From an uncultured Dehalococcoidia bacterium (GTDB taxonomy: Bacteria > Chloroflexota > Dehalococcoidia > Lucifugimonadales > UBA826), in contig CAZRSW010000002.1 in NCBI GenBank assembly GCA_964602845.1, forward strand, positions 3,373-67,372: a DNA stretch of 64,000 nucleotides, written 5' to 3'. Numbering within the stretch: the stretch's first letter is position 1; each line of letters begins with the position of its first letter. The notes beneath the pieces were generated by a model. It was given only the letters and a program-made list of their open reading frames with translations. It ran no database searches and was not told the DNA's origin. Positions 1 to 9,439 of the stretch are shown here, one piece after another. Position numbers and translations under genes: made by a program.

Positions 1-690
1 GGGTAAGTCGGCGTGTTCAGGGTAATACATGGAAAAATACGGTTCCGGGACTACAAATGGAAAGTGTGGTGCAACAAATCCCACACATAGAGCCCAGGGA
101 TTAGCTTTCCTATCCTCTGATCGCAGATACTCCAAAGCCCTTTCTTCTATTAAATTATCAGCATCTATCATCGTGGTTGACCCGGCACCTGCCTCTTGCA
201 CAACTGGCCATCGTTCCGATGCCGTTGGAACACCATCCTCCCAGGGAAATATAGGATGATTACCGCCAGATTCAAGGTTAAGGGCAGCTCGATCCTCTTC
301 TGGGGGATCCCCGTGGGGATCGAAAGCCAACTGATCTTGGAAACCGTGAAGTTTATCTGGTCCAATCAGGTGCATTTTACCCGACAGGGCACAATCATAC
401 CCCGCCGACCTGAGAGCATAAGGCCAGGTCATCACATCAGAAGGAAGAGGGGTGGCGTTATCCCACCCTTCACAATGCGACACCTGTTTTCCCGTCATAA
501 AAGATAGCCTGGAGGGAACACATATCGGTGCATTACAGTAGGCTGCGTCAAAAACATTGCCATCGCGAGCGAGCCTATCCATGTTTGGAGTTTTTACAAA
601 AGGATGTCCGTAGGTACTAGACCACATCGGGGCGTGTTCGTCAGACATAATGACAAGAAAATTTGGTTTTTCACTCCTGTAATTCGACAT
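1..690 (-). CDS. Sulfatase (choline-sulfatase/arylsulfatase family), N-terminal 230 codons; C-terminus lies beyond the window edge
   Basis: Not in the ORF track (no stop inside the window). My reverse-complement translation from ATG 690-688 reads MSNYRSEKPNFLVIMSDEHAPMWSSTYGHPFVKTPNMDRLARDGNVFDAAYCNAPICVPSRLSFMTGKQVSHCEGWDN... It carries the sulfatase formylglycine signature C-x-P-S-R (CVPSR, about nt 505-519) and the N-terminal SDEH metal-ligand region. AGGAG lies 5 nt upstream of the ATG. The frame stays open to nt 1. Confidence 0.8.
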   Translation of the reverse strand, partial: MSNYRSEKPNFLVIMSDEHAPMWSSTYGHPFVKTPNMDRLARDGNVFDAAYCNAPICVPSRLSFMTGKQVSHCEGWDNATPLPSDVMTWPYALRSAGYDCALSGKMHLIGPDKLHGFQDQLAFDPHGDPPEEDRAALNLESGGNHPIFPWEDGVPTASERWPVVQEAGAGSTTMIDADNLIEERALEYLRSEDRKANPWALCVGFVAPHFPFVVPEPYFSMYYPEHADLP

Positions 691-957
691 TTTTTCTCCT
701 ATTTCCTTCTGCTAACTCCAATATTTCGGGGACCACATTGTAGTCTATAGAACATCTCCATGTTCTACGTGTCTGATCTCGATAATGCTTCCAGGTCAAG
801 TAGAACAAGCGTAACCCATGAGAAACCATGGGCATAATGACGATTCGTTTTAACTAAATCAAGGGTATATGAGTCATGATGTACTCTAGCGTCTTGTTTG
901 ACTCGTTCACACTGATGTCAATGCTGTGACGGCTCTTCTCTGCTCCGCAGGGAAGGT

Positions 958-992
958 AGACGGAAAAGGGGCATATGCTTTCCGTCTTTTTT
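958..992 (+). terminator. Rho-independent terminator-like hairpin (9-bp stem, 12-nt loop, T6 tail)
   Basis: AGACGGAAA (958-966) is the perfect complement of TTTCCGTCT (979-987). The loop contains GCATATGC and the stem runs into TTTTTT (987-992). The T tract follows the stem only on the + strand. Confidence 0.45.
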
Positions 993-1001
993 AGATTACA
1001 A

Positions 1002-1030
1002 TTGATACCCGCACGCAAACCATTTACATA
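1002..1030 (+). promoter_or_regulatory. Candidate sigma70-type promoter of the ABC operon (TTGATA-17 nt-TACATA)
   Basis: TTGATA at 1002-1007, a 17-nt spacer, then TACATA at 1025-1030. The -10 ends 9 nt before the ATG at 1040, so the mRNA would be nearly leaderless. This is motif inspection only. Confidence 0.25.
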
Positions 1031-1039
1031 GGAAATATA

Positions 1040-1714
1040 ATGCCCTCAGTCGTAATTTCAACAGAAAATTTGCACAAGTTTTACGGAACTAGAGATCAAA
1101 AAGTACATGCATTGAGAGGGCTAGATTTATCAATCGAAGAAGGCGATATAGTCGGTGTCATGGGGCCCAGTGGATGCGGGAAAACCACCCTACTTAACTG
1201 TCTATCCGGCCTAGACTCAATTGATGATGGAAATATCCTGATACAGGGTAGAACATTAACAGATTTAAATGATGATCAATTGAGCGAATTGAGAGCGAAG
1301 AAAATGGGTTTCGTCTTTCAAACCTACAACTTACTCCCTGTATTGTCCGCTGTAGAAAATGTTGAGTTACCTCTTCTAGTTTCAGGGTTTTCAGGCAAAG
1401 ATGCCAGGATCAAGGCCATAGAAAAATTATCGGAAGTTGAACTGGAAGACTGGCAACATCATTTGCCCGGTGAATTATCCGGGGGCCAAAGACAAAGAGT
1501 TACCCTGGCCAGGGCACTTGTAAATGATCCAGCCATCGTTTGGGCGGATGAACCCACCGGGAACCTGGATAGCGAGAATGAAAAACTCATTATGGATCTA
1601 TTAACCGACTTGAACAGAATTAATAATCAAACATTTGTCATCGTCACCCATTCCGAATATGTCGGTGGACGAACAAACAGGATAATTCAGATGAAAGATG
1701 GGGAAATAGTTTAA
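1040..1714 (+). CDS. ABC transporter ATP-binding protein (MacB/LolD/FtsE-like)
   Basis: Walker A GPSGCGKTT, ABC signature LSGGQRQR, Walker B IVWADEPTGNLD and an H-loop VTHS. It is followed 4 nt later by an FtsX-type permease. Confidence 0.95.
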   Translation: MPSVVISTENLHKFYGTRDQKVHALRGLDLSIEEGDIVGVMGPSGCGKTTLLNCLSGLDSIDDGNILIQGRTLTDLNDDQLSELRAKKMGFVFQTYNLLPVLSAVENVELPLLVSGFSGKDARIKAIEKLSEVELEDWQHHLPGELSGGQRQRVTLARALVNDPAIVWADEPTGNLDSENEKLIMDLLTDLNRINNQTFVIVTHSEYVGGRTNRIIQMKDGEIV

Positions 1715-1717
1715 CCA

Positions 1718-4700
1718 GTGTCGAAAGTTTTTGGGCTGCCTACAACAGAATTGGCTATAGCGATGACATCTCTCTTGGTCATAATATTCGCCATTATTGC
1801 AATTAGTGCCACAAGAAGATTTATCTTAGTAAAAATGGGCACCAGGAACATCCCCAGACGAAAGGGTCAAAGTATTCTCATTGTGATTGGGCTTATGCTA
1901 AGCTCTGCCATTATTGCAACTTCTCTGGGTATTGGAGATACCGTCAGACATTCCATACGGTCAGTAGCTTTTGATTTCCTTGGACCAACTGATGAGGTGA
2001 TTACGGGCCCCGGCAAGCAACTTTTTGGCGAAGAATACTTTGACTACTCTGAATTCGAAACCATCAAGCAATTGGCTGCAAGTAACCCCGACATAGATGG
2101 TCTCTTACCATTGCTTGAAATTAGTCTACCAGCTGCAAATGACAATCTTGAATTAGCTGAGAGCAATATGAGAGTCAGGGGAATAGACAGTAAGTATTCT
2201 GATGATTTCGACAAATTAGAAACTTTAGATGGAAAGACCGTATCCGTAAATGATCTTGCGCCAAAGCAAATATATATAAACGCTGATGCTAGTGAAATAT
2301 TAAAAATAAGTCGTGGCGAAGATGTCAGTATATACACACGATCCGGGAAATCGGAATTTGAAATACTAGACGTACTGAAGAACGGAGGTTTGGCAGGAGG
2401 TGGGAGAAATCCCTACATCTTGTTTGATCTGAATTCTCTGCAAAAATTGCTCGACAAAGAAGCAAAGATCACTGAAATCGCTGTCTCGAATAATGGGTCC
2501 GGGGAAAAATCACTGGAACTTTCGGAAGATGTTACTAAATTCTTAAGGTCTCAACTGGCCAATACAGACGTGATATCGGAAATATTTGGGATCCTACAAG
2601 GTAATGGCATACCTGACTTGTTATCGGAGGAGGCTAGAAACCTTCAACAAACGGACAAGGAATCCTCTGAAACACTTGGTCAAATAGCTGAAAATTTGAA
2701 GTCCAACAATTTTGATGTCGATTTCATAACGGATATAAGCGACTATCGAATTCAATTAATGGTATTAGGAACGCTGGATCAATCCGGATTAGTGGAAGAC
2801 CTCGTTAAGGTATCAATGCTTTCATCTTCACTTCAGACCCTCCGAGTTGACGACGAAAAATATCGTAGCGTCAAACTAGCCGAGACTGTAGCCACTGGAG
2901 TGACTACCATTTTTTCCATATTTGGTTCATTCTCAATTATGGTTGGGATGTTACTTATTTTCCTGGTATTCGTACTGCTGGCTGCAGCAAGGTCAACAGA
3001 ACTTGGGATGGCAAGAGCGGTGGGATTGAAGAGAAGAGACTTAGTACAATTGTTCACATATGAAGGAACAGTCTATTCTTTCTTAGCGGCGATAGCAGGA
3101 ACTTTAATAGGCGTAAGCTTGAGCTTCGGCCTGGTATTTATCCTCAGGGATTTGATAGATACAGACAACTTCACCATCGTTCCACACTATTCGTTGATAT
3201 CACTGTTAATTGCCTTTTCCAGCGGACTAATATTAACTTTCATTACTGTGGTCTTTTCAGCATATCGAGCAAGCAATCTGAACATAGTTGTAGCAATTAG
3301 AGGCCTCAAGGATGAATTTGTAAAGAAAGCCCCTGAAACGATGCGACATAGAATATTAGACTTTTCTTGGAATCTCATATTCCCTGTAAAACAGATGGTC
3401 TCGATTGTTACTGAAAGGGGAAATAGGACAAAAAGTATTATATTTCTGTTGCTATCGCCAATCGCATGGCCCATAAATATTTTAACTTCATTGTTTAAAT
3501 TATTTGGAAAACACTCGTACATTATCCTCGGGATTTTCTCCATATCGTTATTGATCCTAGGGCTACAAACTGAAACTGGGGCAAGCTTCTTTCTCGGGCT
3601 AACTGGTACTGTGCTGGCTTTCGCCTTATCTATAAGATTCTTGGCCTCAAAACTAACCAATAACCCTGAAACAATAAATCAGATAGGAGGTACTTTAGAG
3701 GGAGGGCTTGTGCTATTAGCCAATTCCTTACCTTTCGACTTCTTCGAACCTTTGACAGGCGAATTATCTGAACCTGGGCCTTGGTTCTGGCCTTTAGGAG
3801 GTGGGATATCCACTGCAGCAGCGGTTTGGCTATTAATGTGTAATACCAGGATCTTGATATTCTTACTGAACCTAATACTATCTAGATTCTCTGGTTTAAG
3901 AGCAGTAACAAAGACAGCTATAAGCTACCCTATGGCTGCAAAATTCAGAACAGGTTTGACTGTAGCAATGTTCGCACTAATCATATTTACACTTATGATT
4001 TTTTCAGTTCTGAATGGCTTGCAAAACATAACTTCAGAGGAACCGGAAAGGGTAACTGGAGGGTTTGATATAAAGGCAACTATAAGCCCTGATCTGCCTA
4101 TTTCCGGAGACATAAAGGATTCCTTGAATATGTCTGATATCTCCATTGTAGCAGGAACAGCCGACATACCTGTGGAAGTAAAGGAATTTGATGGGGATAA
4201 CAAGACATATAAGAGATCTAAGCTTATATCTCTAGAGGATGATTTCATCGAAGCTACTCAATGGCGAATGGCTCATTTTGATACACAATATGGAGAAACT
4301 GATAAAGATGTATGGAAAGCATTGGTTGATAATCCACAATTGGTTATCGCCAGTGCTTCCATCATTCCCTCTGAGGATCCATTCGGTCCTCCAAATAGAA
4401 GCTTCCAAACGTCTCTTTTAGACCCTGGAGACCCAAAAGAGATGAACTCTTTTACCGTAGAAATGAGGAAAAGAAGAAGTTCATTAGAACCTGAAAAACT
4501 GATAGTGATCGGTATAGTCGAACGACTCGCATCAGGAACGGGTTGGGATGGAAATGCAGCCACATTTTACTCTGGCAAATCCTTGATGCCAAAGGTAGCA
4601 GGTGAGGAAGTCCCTATTGACACCTTCTATTTTTCATTAAAGGATCCAGACACAGCCTCTGACTATTCGCAGAAGCTAGAAAATATCTTCCTTCAAAATG

Positions 4701-5158
4701 GCTTGAATGCAGAGAGTCTATTAGCCAGTCTAGAAGAGGAGAGAGCAACTAGCAATGCATTTAATAAACTTTTCCAGGGATTCAGCGGACTGGGGCTAAT
4801 CGTCGGAGTCGCCGCTATAGGTGTGTTGTCTGTACGGGCGGTGGTAGAACGAAGACAATCCATAGGGGTGCTAAGAGCGATAGGTTTTCGATCAGGGATG
4901 ATAAGGGCTCAATTCTTAATCGAATCTTCCTTTATAACACTGCTCGGCATCGTTGTAGGTATATGTCTTGGCATTTTACAATCTTGGTTAATTTTCCTGG
5001 AAATTTCCAAGGAACTTGAAGGAGCAAAATTCGTTGTCCCAATAGGGGACGTAGCAGTTTTAATTGTGGTAACCATTGTTGCTTCCATACTCGCTAGTGT
5101 TCTACCAGCCAACGAAGCTAGTAAAACTTATCCCGCAGAAGCACTAAGATACGAATAA
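1718..5158 (+). CDS. ABC transporter permease with duplicated FtsX/MacB-type modules (1146 aa)
   Basis: GTG start 4 nt after the ATPase stop. Hydrophobic helix clusters lie at the N-terminus, about aa 390-515, about aa 575-770 and about aa 1020-1130. They are separated by two long hydrophilic (presumably extracytoplasmic) regions of roughly 320 and 250 aa. Confidence 0.9.
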   Translation: MSKVFGLPTTELAIAMTSLLVIIFAIIAISATRRFILVKMGTRNIPRRKGQSILIVIGLMLSSAIIATSLGIGDTVRHSIRSVAFDFLGPTDEVITGPGKQLFGEEYFDYSEFETIKQLAASNPDIDGLLPLLEISLPAANDNLELAESNMRVRGIDSKYSDDFDKLETLDGKTVSVNDLAPKQIYINADASEILKISRGEDVSIYTRSGKSEFEILDVLKNGGLAGGGRNPYILFDLNSLQKLLDKEAKITEIAVSNNGSGEKSLELSEDVTKFLRSQLANTDVISEIFGILQGNGIPDLLSEEARNLQQTDKESSETLGQIAENLKSNNFDVDFITDISDYRIQLMVLGTLDQSGLVEDLVKVSMLSSSLQTLRVDDEKYRSVKLAETVATGVTTIFSIFGSFSIMVGMLLIFLVFVLLAAARSTELGMARAVGLKRRDLVQLFTYEGTVYSFLAAIAGTLIGVSLSFGLVFILRDLIDTDNFTIVPHYSLISLLIAFSSGLILTFITVVFSAYRASNLNIVVAIRGLKDEFVKKAPETMRHRILDFSWNLIFPVKQMVSIVTERGNRTKSIIFLLLSPIAWPINILTSLFKLFGKHSYIILGIFSISLLILGLQTETGASFFLGLTGTVLAFALSIRFLASKLTNNPETINQIGGTLEGGLVLLANSLPFDFFEPLTGELSEPGPWFWPLGGGISTAAAVWLLMCNTRILIFLLNLILSRFSGLRAVTKTAISYPMAAKFRTGLTVAMFALIIFTLMIFSVLNGLQNITSEEPERVTGGFDIKATISPDLPISGDIKDSLNMSDISIVAGTADIPVEVKEFDGDNKTYKRSKLISLEDDFIEATQWRMAHFDTQYGETDKDVWKALVDNPQLVIASASIIPSEDPFGPPNRSFQTSLLDPGDPKEMNSFTVEMRKRRSSLEPEKLIVIGIVERLASGTGWDGNAATFYSGKSLMPKVAGEEVPIDTFYFSLKDPDTASDYSQKLENIFLQNGLNAESLLASLEEERATSNAFNKLFQGFSGLGLIVGVAAIGVLSVRAVVERRQSIGVLRAIGFRSGMIRAQFLIESSFITLLGIVVGICLGILQSWLIFLEISKELEGAKFVVPIGDVAVLIVVTIVASILASVLPANEASKTYPAEALRYE

Positions 5159-5261
5159 TCTGTAACAAGATCTACATTGCGCAGCCTCATTCAACCGAAA
5201 AAAGCAACCTGCTTTAGGAGCTGTGAATTGCTGAGTTCTGGATTCATAAACCCACCCGTCG

Positions 5262-6188
5262 TTAACATATACGGAGAGGAAAAAGTTCCTCAGGTTCCAT
5301 TAGTCTCGGTAGTAGCTTTTGGTCAATACAGAAATCAATAAACACCTTTATGCCTTCCCTATCTCCCCCTAAGCCATAAGGCAAAGGATCTGATGAAACA
5401 ATATCCCGCATGCGCAGTACATCCAGGTCGTCCGTCGTTAAAGGATGCTTGGTTTCTAAAGACTGAAGATAAGATTCCTTTGCATCATTAAAAACTCGAT
5501 ATATCTCTTGGACTAATGAATCGCCACATTCTAAAAGCGTGTCTTTTACAACCAGTACGTGACTTATAGGATAAATCATTGTTTTTCCAAACCAGGTAGC
5601 GTCTAACTCAGAATGATCCGGAAAAAGTGGCCGGGTTCGTTGATGATCAAGGTTACCTGCCCCAATTACAGCATCAACTTCTCCCGAAAGGAGCATCTTC
5701 TCCAAATCAACCGTTGGCGATGACACAACATTAGATGGAGCCTTAAATTCAACGACGTGTTCATCACCAGAAAGAACCCAAGTGATTGAGTCTAGGTCCA
5801 CGCCATATTCAGTCTTCAGGATTCCTCTAGTCCAGACTCCTGGAGTGAAGGTATAACTCCTGATTCCAATTCTTTTACCCTCAAGTTCTTTCGGGGATTC
5901 GAAAGATGATTCAGCACGGCATGAGACAGACCGGTGATAGAAGCTCCTCGTCAGAAATATGGGTAAAGCCGTGAAGGGCTTTTCAAAATATTTAGAGACA
6001 ATATAAGTTGCAAAGGCCATTTCTGCCACATCAAATTCCAAGTCTCTTACCATCCTGCGAAATATCATGGGTACAGGTGATATTTCCACGTGATCCATAG
6101 TGAACCTCGGAGAATGGGCCGTGTTGTCTTTTAGCGAAACTGTGTGCCCATATGTACCAATGGCAGTTCTTAGATTTTTGGCTTCCAA
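5262..6188 (-). CDS. 4,5-dihydroxyphthalate decarboxylase (PhtD)-like / periplasmic-binding-protein type II fold protein
   Basis: Motif order EFDVAEMAFATY ... ALPIFLTRSFYHRSV ... LEGKRIGIRSYTFTPGVWTRGILKTEYGVDLDSITWV matches my memory of proteins annotated as PhtD. There is no signal peptide. Confidence 0.55.
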   Translation of the reverse strand: MEAKNLRTAIGTYGHTVSLKDNTAHSPRFTMDHVEISPVPMIFRRMVRDLEFDVAEMAFATYIVSKYFEKPFTALPIFLTRSFYHRSVSCRAESSFESPKELEGKRIGIRSYTFTPGVWTRGILKTEYGVDLDSITWVLSGDEHVVEFKAPSNVVSSPTVDLEKMLLSGEVDAVIGAGNLDHQRTRPLFPDHSELDATWFGKTMIYPISHVLVVKDTLLECGDSLVQEIYRVFNDAKESYLQSLETKHPLTTDDLDVLRMRDIVSSDPLPYGLGGDREGIKVFIDFCIDQKLLPRLMEPEELFPLRIC

Positions 6189-6219
6189 GTTACTTCCTTC
6201 AAATTCTTGCTTTCAAAAT

Positions 6220-7563
6220 TCAATCAGATCCTCTACGTACCTGTGATAGTTTAATTTTTTCTAGTACTTCTGTTGCTGACTTTAAGGTAACCTGGATATC
6301 CGATTCAGAATGAACTTCTGATAAAAACCAGATTCCTCGAGAATTGATCCTAACACCTTTTCCCATCATGCCTGATACAAATCTTTCATACTTGTCTTGC
6401 TCTACATTTTCTATATGGCTTCGATAATCATAAACTTCCTTGCCCCTGGTAAAACTTACGGCAAAAACAGCACCTGGACCCTGAACAAGCATTCCAAGAT
6501 CTAATTCGGAATTTATTTCTTTTAATCCATGCATTAGTGATTCTCCCAATTCAGTCAGACGCTTGTTAGTCTGGATCGATTCATCAGACAAATGCTGCAT
6601 GGATGCTCGAGTTGCTGCCATGGACATCACATTCGCATTCAGCGTTCCTCCATGCATAACCCTCCCAGCACCGATCATGGACATCACCTCTTTGCGTCCA
6701 GTCAACATTGATACGGGAAAACCACCAGCAACAGCTTTAGCATAGGTTGCTAAATCAGGTAAAACATCGAAATATGATTGTGCGCCCCCAGAACTTATCC
6801 TAAATCCTGTTATAACTTCATCAAACACAAGAAGGGAGCCGTTCTTAACACACTCTCTTTTTAGATGGTTAAGATAACCATCTTTTGGCATTATGCAGTT
6901 AGTGTTGCACATGATTGGCTCAGTGATAACAGCAGCAATTTCTGAGCCCAACTTTGCAAATACATCGGTGATAACATCGAAATCGTTCCAAGGTAATATG
7001 ATTATGCCTGATTCCGCTGATTCTGCCATGCCTTCAGTCATTGGAGCTGTCTCTACTATACCCGTGTGGGATTTTTCTCGAATGGGAGCTGCTGTGTTGA
7101 AGAATAGGCTGTCAGACCAACCGTGGTAATGCCCTTCAAATTTAATAATCTTATTTCTCTGAGTGTAAGCTCTTGCAAGCCTAAACGCTGCTTCAACAGA
7201 TTCTGTTCCAGAACTTGCGAACCGCACCAAGTCGGCATTAGGAACAAGTTGTTTCACCATCTCTGCGGCCTCCACTTCCAACAGATGTTGGCCCGCAAAT
7301 AATTGTCCTTTAGCTGAAGCCTCTAGCACAGCATCTAACAAGAATTTTGGAGAATGTCCAAAAATCATTGGACCTTGACCTAAAACGTAATCAATATATT
7401 CGTTTCCATCAACATCAAAAATTCTTGCTCCTTTAGCCTTTTCGTAAAATAAAGGGTGAGGAGACTCCGATAGCCGAACATTTGAATTGACTCCACCTGA
7501 AAGGGAATTTAGCGCTCGGTTATAGAGTTTGGCACTTGTTTCTAAAGAATAGTCTGAATTCAA
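6220..7563 (-). CDS. Class III (GSA-aminomutase-like) PLP-dependent aminotransferase
   Basis: LSGGVNSNVRL ... IFDVDGNEYIDYVLGQGPMIFGH ... FDEVITGFR is typical of aminotransferase class III. The track start (7656) lies only 5 nt from the divergent gene. TTG at 7563 is preceded by AGGTGG with a 6-nt spacing and gives a canonical N-terminus (MNSDYSLETSAKLYNRAL). Confidence 0.85.
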   Translation of the reverse strand: MNSDYSLETSAKLYNRALNSLSGGVNSNVRLSESPHPLFYEKAKGARIFDVDGNEYIDYVLGQGPMIFGHSPKFLLDAVLEASAKGQLFAGQHLLEVEAAEMVKQLVPNADLVRFASSGTESVEAAFRLARAYTQRNKIIKFEGHYHGWSDSLFFNTAAPIREKSHTGIVETAPMTEGMAESAESGIIILPWNDFDVITDVFAKLGSEIAAVITEPIMCNTNCIMPKDGYLNHLKRECVKNGSLLVFDEVITGFRISSGGAQSYFDVLPDLATYAKAVAGGFPVSMLTGRKEVMSMIGAGRVMHGGTLNANVMSMAATRASMQHLSDESIQTNKRLTELGESLMHGLKEINSELDLGMLVQGPGAVFAVSFTRGKEVYDYRSHIENVEQDKYERFVSGMMGKGVRINSRGIWFLSEVHSESDIQVTLKSATEVLEKIKLSQVRRGSD

Positions 7564-7673
7564 ATTATTCCACCTATGAGGATGCTTACCTGGATCTAAC
7601 TCCGAATCATAGCAGGTTGCTGAACACTTATAATAAATGAGCTTAGCAACAAGCATTTGAGGTGCGACAACAA

Positions 7674-9164
7674 ATGAAATTAGCGCTGTTAGGAATTTAT
7701 CACGAAACTAATACCTTCTCGAGAGTGTCAGCGGATTACAAGGCATTCGAGATTTACAGGTATTCACAAATTAGGGATGAATATCTAGATTCACAGACGA
7801 CAAATGCTGGGTTCCTGCAAATTTCTGAGGAAGAAGATATAGATGTTGTGCCACTTATCTTCGCAATTACCGGCCCAATAGGCACAATCACGGCTGAGGC
7901 GTTTGATTTACTTACTAAGGAGATGATGTCTTTACTAACGCAGAATGGTCCTTGGGACGGGATATTACTTTCACTTCATGGTGCGGCCGTTTCAGAAGAT
8001 TATCCGGACGCGGACGGCGAGATAACCAAACGGGTGAGGAATCTCGTCGGGCCGGAGGTAGTAGTAGGACTGAGCTTAGATATGCACGCCAATATTTCTC
8101 AAGAAATGGCCGACAATGTTAACGTCATTACAGTTTACAGGACCAACCCCCACCTAGATCCCAAAATTAGGGCATTTGAGTGTGCCGAATTAGTAGCGAA
8201 AACCGTGAAAGGAGAAATCAATCCGGTCGTGTGGTTGGAAACACCGCCAATGTTAATCAACATCGTAAAACAATTTACAGATGAAGAACCCATGAAATCT
8301 ATAATGGACAATCTCCAGAAGACGCTCTATTCACCAAAAATTCTCCACGGGAGTGTGGCGGAAGGATATCCTTATGCCGACGTGGAAGAAATGGGAATGT
8401 CGTTTATATCAATAGCCGATGGCGATTTATCCTCTGCTAAACAGGCCTCAAAATGGATGGCAGAAAAAGCTTGGCACCTCAGAGAAAATTTTATTGGGGA
8501 TACTCCCTCGCCAGAAGAGGCACTTTCCTATGCCGATAAGAATTACACAGGAATATCAGAGGGGCCATACGTCCTAATGGATGTGGGAGACAATATTGGT
8601 GCTGGTAGTAGCGCAGACTCCACTCATATGCTTAACGCCGCCGTAAAACTTGGAATAAGGGGTTACTTGCAAACTTTGTGCGATCCTGATTCCGTTAGTT
8701 TATGTGAGTCTGCCGGAATGGGATCAACCTTAACCGTAAGCGTAGGAGGTAAAACAGACAACATGCATGGAGAACCCATAACGGTTAAAGGGATTGTGCG
8801 AACACTCTCTGACGGAAAATTTGAGGATGCTCGACCTACTCATGGTGGGTTTAAATATTTTGATGGGGGACCAACAGCTGTTCTGGATACCGAAAACGGG
8901 CATACGTTGATTCTCACTAGTTTAAGATGTGGGAACACAAGTAGAGAACAAATGTATTCCGTTGGTGTTAGCCCGGAAGAATATCGAGTGGTCGTAGCAA
9001 AAGGTGTAGTTTCGCCCAGGCCAGCATACCAACCAATTGCGAAAGAGATCATATTAGTAAATACTCCGGGTGTAACCACCTCTGACTTGACCTTTTTCAA
9101 CTACCATAGACGCCGCCTCAATTTGTACCCGTTTGATCCTACCGTGAGCTACAACACGAAGTAA
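7674..9164 (+). CDS. M81 family metallopeptidase (MlrC-like)
   Basis: The N-terminus MKLALLGIYHETNTFS and overall length are typical of MlrC (DUF1485 + MlrC_C). ATG 7674 is preceded by GAGGTG. The track start is GTG 7662. Confidence 0.8.
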   Translation: MKLALLGIYHETNTFSRVSADYKAFEIYRYSQIRDEYLDSQTTNAGFLQISEEEDIDVVPLIFAITGPIGTITAEAFDLLTKEMMSLLTQNGPWDGILLSLHGAAVSEDYPDADGEITKRVRNLVGPEVVVGLSLDMHANISQEMADNVNVITVYRTNPHLDPKIRAFECAELVAKTVKGEINPVVWLETPPMLINIVKQFTDEEPMKSIMDNLQKTLYSPKILHGSVAEGYPYADVEEMGMSFISIADGDLSSAKQASKWMAEKAWHLRENFIGDTPSPEEALSYADKNYTGISEGPYVLMDVGDNIGAGSSADSTHMLNAAVKLGIRGYLQTLCDPDSVSLCESAGMGSTLTVSVGGKTDNMHGEPITVKGIVRTLSDGKFEDARPTHGGFKYFDGGPTAVLDTENGHTLILTSLRCGNTSREQMYSVGVSPEEYRVVVAKGVVSPRPAYQPIAKEIILVNTPGVTTSDLTFFNYHRRRLNLYPFDPTVSYNTK

Positions 9165-9439
9165 TTATTTGCCCATCTGCAATATAAGTTAACGCTAATC
9201 ATTCAACGATTAACAGTGACCGAAAATTTATGGCGTTAACTAACTCCCATGTCGTAATTTACGATAATATAGCTACGAATGACTTTCACAGATTAATCCG
9301 TAGGTAAATTGATAACATAAAGATCAGGCGTCCGTCCCTGTGGGAAATTGATGTAGTTAAAGAAGACAAAACCCTAATCGGTTGATTTGGATTGAGTCGA
9401 TCCACCAGATTCAATTTGGACTATAAGTTGAGGAATAAA

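Noticed and set aside
29-507. Track ORFs 29-259 (+), 168-365 (-) and 196-507 (+)
   Set aside because: All sit inside the much better supported minus-strand sulfatase frame (1-690), which carries a diagnostic CxPxR motif.
760-837. 25-codon ORF (MFYVSDLDNASRSSRTSVTHEKPWA) as a leader peptide for the upstream terminator
   Set aside because: It has no SD. It ends about 120 nt before the hairpin, so a classic attenuation geometry is not evident.
3187-3660. 157-aa antisense ORF inside the FtsX permease gene. Similar long antisense ORFs lie at 23023-23481, 31221-31628, 36815-37243, 41264-41677, 58026-58463 and 61846-62346.
   Set aside because: Each lies fully within a strongly supported gene on the other strand (MFS, gyrB, cofC/cofD, DUF1537 kinase, sucC, CNNM). 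None has an SD or a recognisable motif.
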